Shown here: in pieces, positions 1 to 13,520 of the stretch | How positions within the stretch are numbered: the stretch's first letter is position 1 | How the letters are laid out: every line of letters starts with the position of its first letter | Source of the DNA: Octopus vulgaris | Taxonomy: Eukaryota | NCBI GenBank assembly: GCA_951406725.2 | Contig: OX597822.1 | Span: 92,380,001 to 92,444,000 of the forward strand | DNA length: 64,000 bases | Direction: 5' to 3' | Notes under the pieces: model-generated | Seen by the model: only the letters and a program-made list of their open reading frames with translations | What the model was told of the DNA's origin: nothing | Database searches by the model: none | Translations under genes and position numbers: made by a program

Positions 1-1060
1 CCTGAATGGGCTGGGGGCTTACTTGTCTTCATACCCTTAATTGTTTTATCTACTAAGGTACTGTTGATTTGGATTGCTAGTCCCTTTGTTGTCTCCCATA
101 CATTCTCTTTATTTAGCAAACTTTCATGATAGTGTCTCCAAGTCTCTCTCTTTGCAGCACCATTAAATGCAAGTGAGCCACCATCCATATTTCTCTCCTA
201 TGACATTGCAATTTGAAACATTTTAAGTCTCTGGTCCTCGTGACGCAGAACATTGGCAAATGTCTTCTTATCCGCTTCCCCTCTGGCTAAGTAAGCTTGT
301 CTCCTGGCTTCCCTTCTAGCTATCTGATACAGTTTCCTGCTATCACCACACTTCCATGCCTGTTTCTTTTCTTTAATGGCCCTGACAACTATATTGTTCC
401 ACTACCATGTCACCTTAGGTCAAGAGGGGACTTTTCACCAGCCATAGATCTGGTCAGTAGCCCTCAGCAAATTGTCCTGTAGGAACCTCCAGTTGTCCTC
501 CACATTATGTGATGCTATATCTGCCACTTTTTTGTTAGAAGCTTGACATAATGTCTCTAAATCTCTGTCCATTCTGAGGATCCTTAAGCTTGCAGGCCCT
601 TCTTTCCCACACTGGTCATCTTCTGGGCAGCCATTTATCCCTGATCCTGAAGTCACTAACTACTAACCTATGATCTGAACCTCGTGTTGCAGTACATGTG
701 TGAATTTCTTCCTTTCCACCTCACCTTTTGCCTAGTATGCTTGTCACCTAGATGCCCTTTTGGCTAAAAGGGCATCTCTCCCTACTACTCACTACCTTCC
801 CCAGATTTTCCAAGCCTGTCACTTATCCTTTACTGCCCTGTCAACCATATCATTCCACCACCATGTTATCTTGCTCAGATTCACATCTGTTCTATAGCTT
901 TAACAAGATTATTTTGTAGAAATTGTCAGTTTTCATCTCAGATATGAGTATCTACCTCTCTCTCTACAGTTCACATGCATCATTTATGGTTTCTCTAAAC
1001 CTAAAAGATCCTGGAATTGGGAACTACAAGATCTTTTAGTTTCCATATTATCTACTGTTT
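1..1060 (-). mobile_element. Degenerate RTE-clade LINE fragments (two partially duplicated segments)
   Basis: Minus-strand remnants EDNWRFLQDNLLRATDQIYGW and WWNxxVxRA, typical of the RTE ORF between endonuclease and RT; frameshifted. Confidence 0.7.
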
Positions 1061-1105
1061 CTGTGCCTATATGTTTCTGTCACTATATGTGTGTGTATAT
1101 ATATA

Positions 1106-1236
1106 CTTTATTTAAAGCAGCAGAAAATTCAACAAAATCTGTTACTCTAAGTTTCTCGTTGCCGTTCATCGGATGAACGGCAACAAGAAACTCAGAGTAA
1201 CAGATTTTGTTGAATTTTCTGCTGCTTTAAATAAAG
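1106..1236. repeat. Near-perfect palindrome (65-bp arms, centre 1171), probably Penelope-like-element derived
   Basis: Arms 1106-1170 and 1172-1236 are reverse complements with 2 mismatches. Same family as 52172-52350. Confidence 0.9.
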
Positions 1237-1308
1237 CATATTACTCTACCACTGGTATTTGAGTACTCTTTTTTTCCACCTTGTTTCACATTTATGTGTT
1301 TACTCCGG

Positions 1309-1498
<190 letters not shown>

Positions 1499-1674
1499 GT
1501 CCTGGTAGGGTATAAAGTCAGTGTATTTCCAATGAAGCACTCAACCCGAGTTCCGGGCTATCAAATGCTGTTAGATTTCAGGCTAATTCTTCAAGTATAG
1601 AACATCCTGGTTACATGACAGTAAAACTGTTGCATGGGTTCAGCAATGAGTAAAATATAATCCAAATAAGAGAA

Positions 1675-2318
1675 GGAAATAACTTTAACACATCTTTAAT
1701 GACCAGTTACAATTGTTTCTGTACCAACTCTGCTGACACCATTAGTTGAAAATTTACATAATATTTGCAGTTTTAGACATTAGTGGCATTTCATCAGACT
1801 TGCATTAAAAGTCTGCCCTTACACTGTGCATCTTCCAGATATTGTTTTTGCTTATATCGGGAGGAAACAAAAAAATGTAAATAAAAGTATGGTTAGAGAG
1901 TTGAATATTTAGTATAGGGAGCATGTGAAAAAAAAAAAAGATGTAGAGGAAGAAGAAAGGCAACAAGGACATGATTACGACAAATATGAAAGTGAGAAGG
2001 AGGAAGGAGGTGCAGTAAAAGCAAAAAAGGATGAAAGATAGGGGTAACGTTTTGCAATGGCCAGTAAGTATGTAGTGACCAGTAAGAAACTTCATTGGTA
2101 TAGAACTACTTCAGTTTACCTCTTGTGTCATACATCATTAAAGTGACAAATGGGTAAGACCTTTGATGCATGTCTGATAAAGTGCCACTCTAATGTCTAA
2201 AACCACAAATATTGCATAAATTAACACTTCAAACTTTATCATAAACTGGCGTTGCAAGCAGAGTTGATACAGAAACAATTGTAACTGGTCATTAAACATG
2301 TGTTAAAGTTACTTCTCT
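1675..2318. repeat. Diverged inverted repeat (about 140-160 bp arms, 1675-1815 and 2155-2318)
   Basis: aactttaacacatctttaatgaccagttacaattgtttctgta versus tacagaaacaattgtaactggtcattaaacatgtgttaaagtt. Arms carry CTGATGA/CTGATAA, suggesting a Penelope-like origin. Confidence 0.75.
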
Positions 2319-2324
2319 GGATCA

Positions 2325-2467
2325 TAGGTGCAGGAGTAGCTTCTCAACTTCATGGTGCTGGGTTCAGCTTCACTGTGTGACACATTGAGCGCATGTCTTC
2401 TACTATAGCTTCAGGTCAACCAAAGCTTGTGAGTGTATTTGGTAGATGAAAACTGAAAGAAGCTCAA

Positions 2468-2521
<54 letters not shown>

Positions 2522-2932
2522 AATAAATATACCGCGTGTGTACCGTTGGCGATTTTTTTTCCCCTCCGTCTTCCCTTCTCTGGATTTTTCCTTTTCCTAT
2601 GTTTCTGACGAAGAGCTCCACTCAAAGCGTAAAACCCTCCTTCTTCCCTTCCTTCCTGAGTGTCCAATAATACTATATTTGTTCCACGTCCTTGCGTTGT
2701 TGTGTTTTCTCTTTGTGTTTTCATGTTTGGATTAACTTTATATATATATATGTATGTGTGTGTGTGTGTTTGTCTGTGCTTGACAACTGGCATTGTTATG
2801 TTTACGTCCCCATACCTTAGCTGTTCGGCAAAAGAGACCGATAGAATAAGTACTGGGGTCGATTCATTCTACTAAAAATTCAAGGTGGTGGCCCCAACAT
2901 GGCTGCAGTCTAAATGATTGAAACAGGTAAAA
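2325..2932 (+). mobile_element. tRNA-derived SINE with internal microsatellite and a nested Penelope-like fragment (about 2525-2735)
   Basis: Same family as 41991-42415, 47008-47415 and 53762-54200 (gtcttctactatagc...gatttggtagatggaaactgaaagaagc). The nested piece carries ctgacgaagagctcc. Confidence 0.75.
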
Positions 2933-3379
2933 GGTGGACACAGGTCATGGGGTTGAAGATCAAGAAATTACTCGTCTATCAATCAATCTCCAGTTGACCC
3001 CTTCTGAACAGTAGCTATTGAGCAGATGTAACTATTATTGAAAGGGCCAGTTCCACTGACCAAACAGCTGCAGTATTTATTGTTCTGACCAACATGAGAC
3101 TTACCACTAATTCTTCATCATTATCATACATCTGTTATGGGTTGGAAGTTTGATACGATCCGATGTGTCCAAGTACTGCATGTCTGTTTTGACACTATCC
3201 CAAACTTTATATCAGTTAAAACAAAACAAGTATTGACTTGCAGAGCTTTAGTTGACTTTTAATTGCATCTGTAGAGGGGGCTTCCTTTCACTGATTGGAA
3301 TCAAAAGAACTAAATATTAAATAATCTCAAGTTTACAAGTCACCACAGATTTTAAACAAATGTCACTTTCTGTCAATTT

Positions 3380-3780
3380 TTTTTTCTTTCCAGGTTTCAT
3401 CGGCCATGAATTTAATGACCTCAAATCTAGCAAAGCTTCCCGATACAAGCCTGGTCAGTGCCAATCTACCCAAGAGAGAAGCAGGTCTTCAATGGGGTAC
3501 TGCCAACTGCTTGTTTCTTTCAGCTCCCATTGGAAAACAATGGCGAGTTATACCTCTAATGGGGCACATTGCAACCGCAGGAGGGTCTCCTTGGTTTTTA
3601 ACTCTCTCTCTCTGACTTTTCTTCTTTACAGAGGTCTGTTTGACTGGACTGCCTCGGCATTCTTCCAAGAACTCAATATCTCAAACATTTTAAACAGAGC
3701 TCAATCAACACCTTCTCTCTTTTTCTTAAGCTGCCCACTGCCTTCCTCCAGTTCTTTGTAATCCAACTTTTCCTTTAGTT
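3380..3780 (+). mobile_element. Degenerate CR1/Jockey-group LINE ORF2 fragment
   Basis: Residual peptide SAFF...NILNRAQSTPSL resembles the linker before the RT domain of these LINEs. Confidence 0.45.
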
Positions 3781-3999
3781 CATCATTGGGTTCAGCTACA
3801 ATTATCAATATTTCATGCTTCAGCTATTTGGTCATTCTGATGATGAAATTGTGATCACCTAAATCTCTCCATAAAACAGATTTGTACTATATCTATCACT
3901 GAAACAATATCCAACCCCACTTTATCCCCCACCCTTACCAGAAATGCCACTCCAGTCTCATTTCTTCCTTTTTTTTTTTCCTACTCTCCAAATCTTATA

Positions 4000-6900
4000 T
4001 TTAACAGAAACTGATTTTAAAAACTAAAACCCAAATAAAATCACAAAATATTTAGAAGTAAACACATTAAAACAAAAACTAAGAAAGTTAACTTCCCAAT
4101 TATTGCCAATTCTTTCACTGAACAATTCCTCAACACTTTGGTTGTCTAATTTGATAGAAGAAATATACCAAGTATATTTTTAAAAATAAGGTGAGAAATG
4201 TAAGTAATAAATCAAACCATTTCATTTCACTCTCTGTTAGCATTTATGCTGATGAGACAAAGAACCCCTAAGTTCTTTGCGTGTGTATGTGTGTTTGTTG
4301 TACTCTGTTTACCGATGAGGCAAATGGAATTAAGTGAAAGGGGAAGGTTCAAAAATAACGTGCCTCGAGACAAACATTTCAAATTATTTTCTGACAAAAC
4401 AATCAAGAGCGAAAAGGAAAATTCTACACGAAGAATCAGTTATTGTTTGCTGTTAAGAATGGCTCTAGTATCATTGTAACCATTGGGCAAGATACCTTTT
4501 CAATTTTATGTCATTATTTTTATTAATAATAGTAATAATGTTATTATTATTATTCATTGTAAAATAGATTTAGTATTGTTTTTTCTTTCTAAACATCTAA
4601 AGGTACCCTTGCCTGTTCTTTCTCTCCAAATGTTTGAAAGGAGAAGTGATAATGAAAAATGTTGTGCCAATCAAAGCACTGATTACTCTACAGATTGCTG
4701 CTCATAGCAGTACTAATTTACTAACTCACTCAGCTATCATCTTCCCTATTGCTGCTCTTCTTTCTTATCTTTGTTATATTTGTGCAGCAAGCAGAGGTGG
4801 CCCTCAGTGACCTTCCCCCAGCCTGCTGCACTAATGTTATGATTTATTTGGAATGCAAAAAACAGTCCACTAATTTTATTGTTATTGCTGCATACAAATT
4901 TTAAAAATAATTTTTTAAATCTTTTTTTTTTTTTGTCAAAATTAAAGGAAATTAAAAGAGAATTATTTTTAACTAAAAGTTAATTTCATTCCTGTGATTT
5001 TTCTAACCTGGAAGATTTGGAAGGTGAATCTTTAAAATCCATTTTGTCCTTCCACTCTGCTCCCTTAGGACAACAGATAAACACCCTTGCCTTGCAAACC
5101 ATTTTTGATAAATTTGTATGAGTCAGGTGTCCTTTAAAGAATAACACTTTGAAGAAAACAGTGTGATGTGTTGATGAAAGGGAGAATATTATTCTGCCTA
5201 CCACCTCACCAGGAGTCTCGCTTTTTCTCGAAATAAACCCAGGCAGCCTTCATCATGGAATATATATCTCTCCTTCCTCCTTTTCCCTCCATTCCCTTTT
5301 TCCTATACCAAAAAAAGGTATAGAAACTCATTAATTTGTCTTTAGTTTAATTGACAACTAATTTCCTACTATGTGAAGAGGAGTTTTCCGAGAGATCTAA
5401 GTTAGATGAAAATGCTGTTAACATTGTTTTTGTTATTGTTATTTCTTAAATGGGAGAGGCTGTGATATGCAGTTGTTGAATAAATTATATATGTATGTGT
5501 GTATATGTGTGTATATATACATACATATATATGTATGTATATATGCATATATGTATGTATACACACATATATATCTATGTATGTATACACACATATATAC
5601 ATGTATATCGTTAACAAAATGTTCAGTCCTCATTCCATTAGATTGTTAAACACTTATTGAGATAAAATTGCAGGAAACAAAAAATATTAGATTTTACTCG
5701 TTTTTAAATAATTTTATTTTAACATTTAATCCTAAGGGCCATAAATTAATCCTTTTAAATTTTGTAAGACAAATATTTCATTAAAATAACTAAGTAAAAC
5801 AAAAAAATTTACTAAGGGATATACCACTACTGTCTTGGAGCTTGTGTGCATGTATGTGTGACAGCTATTACACTTTTAGTGTGTGTGTAAATGAAATTGT
5901 GAGGTGTGTGCACAGGCATGGAGGTGCTGTATGGATGTTTATTGCAACTCATGCCCCAATTATCGTCTCTCTGTATGTTTGCACATATATAAAAATAGAG
6001 GGAGAAAGTGTATGTGTCAAGATCTGGTTGCTTACACAGCTCTCTATATTTTACATATGTAAATACATTGTTATATAATTATATATATTATTATACATTT
6101 TTTCCCCCATTAACAACAATCAGACAAGCCTGATCAGATGCTCTCAGTTTAATTAGTTAAAGCAAAAATGCCATTCTCTCTAAAAAAAAAAACTTTTGTT
6201 ATTCCTCTTAAATTTTATTTAATTTGACAGACAAGCTGTTATAGTTTATTTGAAAACCCGTTGTATTTTTGTTCTTAACTGGTGGGGGGTACCATCTCTC
6301 TCTCAAATTTTTGGCAGCAAAATGTCCGTTAAAGACAAATGGTACTCAAGTTTCTCTCTTTTCTTTTTTATTATTAGAAATTGACTTTTGGGAGGGAAAA
6401 AAATTAATAGCAGAAAAAGAGGATGGAGATAATTTGAAGAAGTGATTTCAAAGTTGAAATAAACATGTCATGCTGTACCAATTACTTTCTGTTTTGTTGT
6501 CTCTTTTTCTAGTTTTTAATTAATGATTTTTCTTGTGTTGGTAAAAGAATGTCCAGAAAATTGTACAAGGAGAGAAGTGATGGAATAGTCACCAGTATTT
6601 AATTCCTCAAACTTATTTTGTCACCTTTCTGTTGTTGTTTGACTTGCCAGAAATAACAGCCATTGGCTGGAATGACTTACATTATGTGTGCATTTGACTA
6701 ACTTAAGACTGTACAATAACTATGGATTAAAGGGATGAACCCTGAACAAATTCCAATTAAAAACAATAGAATGGAATTAAGGACTTCAGAGTATTTAGTC
6801 AGTCACTCAACAATCTAAGTCCATAACTCTTTAATGTTCAAATTATTCAATGTCTGTGTAAATGGTGGGGTGACACTATAATTTTGTCATTGAATAAAGT

Positions 6901-9550
6901 TACCAGTGCTAAAAACAGTAGCCACATCATCTCTTAAATAAAACATCCTGTCATCTTAAAAATGAAAGGATGTATGAGATGATTTACTTTATGTCTGAAA
7001 ATAAGGACACGTGTCACATGTTTGGCCTGAGCTCAATTTAACAACTGAAAGTTATTTACCTCCACTGCAACAATGACAATCATAAAAGCAAAAAATGCCA
7101 CATCTCCAAATTGCAACAAAACCTGATCATTCGGCATGATGGCCTCTTCTAATTATGCCGTAATGTTCCTGCCTGATGAAGCTACCACACTTGCTATCCA
7201 TTTTGCTTTAAATGCACCTATTTCAAATGTAATATCACTCTACCCCTATTAACAGGCCAAACTTGGAAATTATTTCTATCCTCAAAAAACTTTTCAATAC
7301 TTTTTCTTCCTCCAATAAGAAACAATGAGAATATCTTTGATTCTGCAAACCAAAACTTCAAATGCCTCTCATTCTTTCTCGCTTTCCCACAACAATGGCA
7401 AAAGAATACCATCATCCCTGACACCATCAAAACTATTGACCATATGGAGAACCTCGATTGGATTGTTCTGTGACTCCTCTCTTCTAGCTTGTGCTAGTAG
7501 TAGTCTCTCTGCTAATAACTTTGGTTTCTCCCAACATGCTAACAACTTTGATGTCTTCTTAACAACACCTATTTCTAACCACTAAAGGAACCTCTACATA
7601 ATTGCCTATTCTACCAGACAGAACAGCCAAAACTCCATGCTACTTTCTTAAAAAAAGGAAGGACACATTAGCAAAAAGATAGGATGGTCATGACTGGAAT
7701 ACATTTGATCATGAATCTGCTTGAATCAGCATTGACCTGTGACAAGTGTCAACCTTGCATAGGTAGACAATTCATGCCACAAAGTGCAAGGCATAGTCTT
7801 GTATCTCTCTCTCCCTCTCACACACACACTTTACATAGTAAAATCTTAAAATTTGCTACAAATGTTATGCTTATCATTTCTAATCTCAGTAATACATTTT
7901 TATAAGTGTAGCCAAGACATACTGATACATTGCTGGACCCCTACAAAGTTCACATAAAGCTCAGGCTGGGGTATTGTACACACAAACATAACAGAAAGCA
8001 TTCAAAAGGTCAGTCAGTTGAATGGCAAAACTTACAAACATGTGACAATCAATGACTCACAAACGTGCTGTTTCTTCTCTCAATTCCCTCACTACTAAAA
8101 CAGTTTTTTGTGTGAAATTGGTCTTTAAGGAAAGAGATTATTCAAATTGTGTTGTTAGTAAACAAAAGTGAAGTGAAATAGTTAGAGCTGGGGTTTGCAA
8201 ATAGCTGTACTACAATATTGTGTTCTTGCCATACAGGCAGAGTCTAATGGAAAATTCCTGTTCTCACTTTGTTTTTGTTTTGTTATTCCTTAATGTAGAA
8301 AAACAAAACAAGAAAGCACAGAAACATATCAAATGTTTTTTCTTTTTTTTTCTTTTTTTTAAGGAAAAACAAGACATTCTGTTAAGATCTTTGTGGTTAG
8401 TAGTGTTTTTTTTTTTTGTATTAATATTTTTAGCAATAAAACCATCAGCACTGAGAATACAGAATTGGTGGGCCTTATTTTGTTTTTCAGAAGGTTGACC
8501 ACTAATGATAAAAAGAACCTCTTGAGTAAATTTTCATCAGACTTTTTAATTGATTTTGTTTATAGAATTTTTCTAAATTTATCCCTCTTCTAATAAAAGT
8601 TACAACTTTAAATATAATTACTAGAATTCCAAGAGAGAAGTGGTGGTCTGAGTTGGCAAGAATCAATTCACAAAAGAAAAATAAAGCAAAACAAGAAGGC
8701 ATGTTAGTGTGCTGTGAGAAGAAATCGGTATCCTTCAAAGCAGGTTCCTCTTTTAGGATAGACTGCCACATAATTCACACTAATATACCTCAAGGATATT
8801 TGCCTTTTTTGCTTCAAATTTTATTAACCTGGGTTTGCTACACTAACAATGCCGTATTTGTTATTATTTGTAATAAAAACTGAGTCTTCTCAAAATTATT
8901 AACAATGCTTCATTTCTTGAGAAAGAGTACAGTTATATTTACACATGCACATCATATGGTTGAAGCAGCGTGAAATGTCAAGATGTGGGAAGTGGTGAAA
9001 TGTATGTGGAATGAACTGGTAATGATGTTGCTGCCTTTTATATAATGAAGAGGGAGGGATTCTTGTTATAGAGAGTTTTTCTTTTTCTTTTCACTCAAGA
9101 TATTTCTTCTACAAATTTACAAAAGGTCTTTTAAGAGTCCTGATCCAAAGAAATGATTGACTTGTGGTTGAGCAATAAATCAGTGATCATCTTAACTTCA
9201 GTTCTGTATAGTTGTATTGCTAGTTAAACAATGAGCACATGGCTATGATGTACAACATAAATATTATAGAGCCAATTGAAAAGGAGATAAAAAGTGGGGA
9301 GGGGGGTGTTCCTTCTCTGCACATGTGGAAGAGAGAAGATGCAAAACCAGGTGTTGGAAATTAGAGGTGGAGTCTCTCTATTATATATTTGTTGAGCTTC
9401 CCACTGATACCGAAATGTACACAAAACAAATAGAAAGTTTGAACAGGGGTGCAAAAGAACTAAAATTAGAGCAAAAGTAGTCAAATTTAAATATTAAACT
9501 GATGGGAAATGTTACAAAGTAATTAGTGAACATGGGTATGATGTTAAAAG
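4000..9550 (-). other. Putative long 3' UTR of KDM4 (end point unknown)
   Basis: Lies downstream of the stop codon. A/U-tract rich and much poorer in intact SINEs/LINEs than the introns. The poly(A) site cannot be fixed from sequence alone. Confidence 0.4.
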
Positions 9551-9658
9551 TTATGAAGAATATATGGAATAGGAACGATTCTTTGGTTTCGGCCGCCGGT
9601 TCTTTGAAATAACCCCATCAACATAGAAGATATCGTATTTTCGTTCTGTTGCAACAGA
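9551..9658 (-). CDS. KDM4: KDM4 last coding exon
   Basis: Acceptor tctgtatttcag|. SVATERKYDIFYVDGVISKNRRPKPKNRSYSIYSS followed by TAA; continues the conserved KSRL-SxA junction. Confidence 0.9.
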   Translation of the reverse strand, partial: SVATERKYDIFYVDGVISKNRRPKPKNRSYSIYSS

Positions 9659-10149
9659 CTGAAATACAGAAAGAGAAAGATTTTGTTAATGCTACACAGA
9701 TACTTAGCAATGATATAACAAAGGCATGTTAGAGAACATAAGTTAAAATCATACTCCAGCACACATAAACAATTTCCCATTTTGGCAAAGGAATTTGACA
9801 CCAATTCATAGAATGTAAACTAATAAAAAAGAGATTTGAAATTTAAAACTAAATTGCTATTAATAAAATTAGAGTAACCCTCAAGAGGTTTTTCTTTGTA
9901 ATAGAGCTATAATTACTGACATTTCATGCTACAAATACTGTCTTCTACAAACATATATTAAAAAAGAAAACTCAGAAGGAAATTGTGTTGAAAAGGGTTG
10001 GAGAGCAGCAGTTAATAATTTAAAGTTCTGGATAGGTAGATAATCATTTTAACTTAGTAAAATAACTTGTTTTAACCTCAAGGAGATCCAAATATAATAA
10101 CTATTATATTATTTCTATTTCTTGGAACAATATCGAAATGTGTGCAAAT

Positions 10150-10830
10150 GAATAATGAATGGTATGCTTGCACTCAGTGGTCCAGAGAAGTAAGATGCAT
10201 GGAAGCCACTATGAAAGGTTCCTAAATGTGGAGAATGCATGGGAGAAAGAGAGAGTTTTCAAATATAAACTCAACTAAATTAGGGATCAGCCGTCAGAGT
10301 TGACAGCAGTATAATAGCTAAGACAATTAAGGATATGAAGACAGGGAAAGCCTCCTGGACCATCAGGAATCACCACTGTGAGGTTAAAAATACCTAGTGG
10401 ATATGTCCTAATCCCTCATATAATTAGTCAGGCTATCCAGGAAGATGTCATCCCCAAAGACTGGTGTAGTAGTAGTATAGTTAGCTATTACAAGGGTAAA
10501 GGTGATGCCTTAGAAACAAATATGGAGGTAATATTCTAACCTTTCATCACCTGGCACAAAGCCACCTCTGGCAATACTACTATCCCTTCTCAAGGGATCT
10601 TTGTCTTGGTGATCTCACTCATGCCAATACCATGTAAAAAGCATCCAGTCCATTCTGTTGACATTTAGGAAGGGCATCAAATTATAGCAGATGTTGCTGG
10701 TGATGGTGTCATGTAAAAAGCACCCAGTCCACTCTGTAAAGTGGCTAGTGCTAGGAAGGGTGTCCAACCATTAAAAAAGACCAAAGTAGACAGTGAAGCT
10801 TGGTACAATCTTCTGGCTTACCATGGAAGA
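10150..10830 (+). mobile_element. RTE LINE remnant plus 3' UTR piece
   Basis: IKDMKTGKA-GPSGIT and IQEDVIPKDWCSSSIVSYYKGKGDALE; 3' part has the aaaagcacc...aggaagggc motif. Confidence 0.75.
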
Positions 10831-11095
10831 AGTAGACAACGAAGAAACTCAGAAATAAACAAATTTTGAACCATCCGTAACAACTGCAGGGGTCCATGTA
10901 TTTTACACTGATCTTCTAAAATTGCAGTGGAAGCCACAAGCAACAAAGTACTTTATATTACAGAAGAGTGAATCTTTTGATTTACTTTGCTACATCCTTG
11001 GCAATGTTACAATAGGAAAATGTAGTAAAAATGAGAATTATCATCCATTACAAGCAGATAAAATGACATAAAATCATATTTAAGAAGAAACTCAC

Positions 11096-11188
11096 CAATC
11101 GAGATTTAACATATTGAGGCAATTCTTCATTTTCTTTCCATAATTCTTCTCGTTTGAAAGTTAATTCAGATCCATCTTCAAATTCTAC
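11096..11188 (-). CDS. KDM4: KDM4 exon, end of Tudor 2
   Basis: Acceptor tttatag| and donor |gtgagt. VEFEDGSELTFKREELWKENEELPQYVKSRL. 93 nt. Confidence 0.95.
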
Positions 11189-12464
11189 CTATAAATTGAT
11201 GTGGCAAAACCAGATTACATCTACAGCATCATAGATTATTCAAACAAAACTAGCTAATTCTATAGATAAGTATTAATAAAGAATGCCTTTAATAAGCTTC
11301 ATTTTGTTTTTGGTAAGATCAATTAAATTAATGTATATTCTTAGTACTTCGTGAATATAAACTCTTAATAGGTGCCTGGTTTCCCTATCCTCTGAACTGA
11401 TTTCATTATTAAAACCATAGATGGAGTAGTGAAAGAACTGCAGTCAGAAAGTTAAGATAGCATTAGAAGAGATGGAAAGAACAGGTCCAAATGAATCATC
11501 AGTTCAATGTTATCTTTATTGCATCTCAGCAGATATTCGTGGACTTTATGACAAAAACTAAAACCAAATAAACAACTTCATGATAGATTAACAAACAATA
11601 ATAATAACAGTGAATGAAAAATATCCTAACATAGAAAGAAATGGAACTAAAAAAAAAAAAAACAAAGAAATTTATTTTAAAAGATGACTGTTGTTGGTTA
11701 ACCTGAAGTCATCTCTAATTGAGTAGTAGACCAATTACATCTTTTGTATATCTTGGATTTCATGATTCTTGCTGTTGTTTTTTTTTTTTCAAGAAGGGAG
11801 AGTTTTAGTGAAGGGAGATTTGACTGTCATTTCTAGCAGGCTGCCTTACCAAGAAATGCAGAAATGGTAACATTGTTTCTAAATGTCTGTCAAAGTAAAC
11901 TATTTCTAAAGCAATCCACATGAAACCCCCTCTGGTCCTACGTGATATCAACTTACATATATATACCCAGATTAAAGAGTATATATATATATATACAAAC
12001 AACTACCTTCATTTCTCATTATTAAATGAATGAGAAATGCAGTTCTCATAGTATTCCAATCAATTCATAATTTCCTTCAAACACAAAGATTAAATATTGT
12101 AAAGACTATGAAAATGTTTTCAATTTAGTACTTTTGTTTTCTATTAGAGTTGTTTTAATAGGAATGTATTATTTTTCAAAATTAATGATTTAAACTATTT
12201 TTATTCTTTTACAAATTTCTGTCACTGAACTGTGGTCACACCAGAGCATGATTTTCTCGCATACAAATTCATTGGCGATTATTTTTATAGACCTCCGAAG
12301 GATGAAAGGGAAAGTGGACTTAAGCAGGATTTGAACTTGGAATCTAAAGGGATGCAGCCTAATTCCACAAGGCATCTTCTTGTTCAGTGCTCTATCAATT
12401 CTGCCATTCATGTGACTATCCATGTAAAGGTTTCCCACCTCCCTAAGAAATAAAGTTTACTCAC

Positions 12465-12584
12465 GGTGTATAGCAGTGCTGAGCTGTGATTCTGGAACAC
12501 AGCATCATATATACCTCCATCTGGCCATTTCACTTGCACAGCTTCCCCAACACGAGGAGGCCCTTCAGTTAAACAATCACGCCC
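12465..12584 (-). CDS. KDM4: KDM4 exon, Tudor 2
   Basis: Acceptor tttatttag| and donor |gtgagt. GRDCLTEGPPRVGEAVQVKWPDGGIYDAVFQNHSSALLYT, with the aromatic-cage W and Y retained. 120 nt, not in the ORF track. Confidence 0.95.
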
Positions 12585-12689
12585 CTAAATAAAGCAAGAT
12601 GGTTTTAAAAGATTACTAAGCAAATAAGAGAAAACATTATGCCTTGCCAGTAATGACAAGTAAAACAGAACAAAACAATAAGAAACACT

Positions 12690-13520
12690 CGCTCACTCCT
12701 GAACTGCTCCTACCAATAATGAGTTTATTGTAATACAGTGTTCAGGTGGTGCACTGCAACACGTCAGTAAAAGAGGGGAGAGAACGCAGACACAAGGGAA
12801 ATGAGGAAAGACAGTAAGAATGAGAGGCATATCGGGAGCAGTGTTAGTGAGTTTTGAGAAGGATAGAATTTCTGAAGGATGAAGCATTCTGACAGCTAAT
12901 AACTAACATAAATAATTTATTCCATGCTTCAAGAACAGTGTGAAAAATATTTCTAAAAGTCGTGGTTACTGCACCACTTTTTTGATTTCATAAACATGTC
13001 CACAGAGAGCAGCGACATCAAATTCAAAAAAGGCAGCCAAAGATGTTGGATTATCCTGTGAGCTTCAATCATGCCAGCTGCCAGATGCTGAAACTTTAGT
13101 GTTGATGCCCAGAGAAGCAATAAATTCAAGATATAGTAAGTGACTAACAGAGAGTATTCATCTGGTTGCCCATCTCTGGACAGCTTCCAGCAGACCGATA
13201 TTCTAGATCAGAAATGCAAACACCAAGTGTGGACATACTGTAGTCATATATAAGTTCAAATAGTCATTGAATGGATGACAAAGATCTTTTTAAGTGACAC
13301 TAAGACACCTTTAGCCTTTTCTGAAGATTTTAGAAATCCAAAGCAGATCTTGGTTGAAAATAAAGCCTGGGTCACATTCACCAGCATACTTCTTAAGATT
13401 GATGAAGAGAATAAATAAACTCCAGGTGTTTACTCCCAAAATGTATACTGGTGCAGATTTGTCAGACAGCAATCAATTGCTGCATTGTGTTCAGGTAAGA
13501 TTACAGGAAAATTCTGTAGG
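12690..13520. mobile_element. Highly degenerate LINE remnant
   Basis: GC-richer block with a YCSHI-like relic near 13235; no intact frame. Confidence 0.3.

Noticed and set aside
9544-9804. 86-aa ORF-track peptide over the last exon
   Set aside because: Wrong frame; the spliced frame is SVATERKY... ending at the TAA at 9551-9553.
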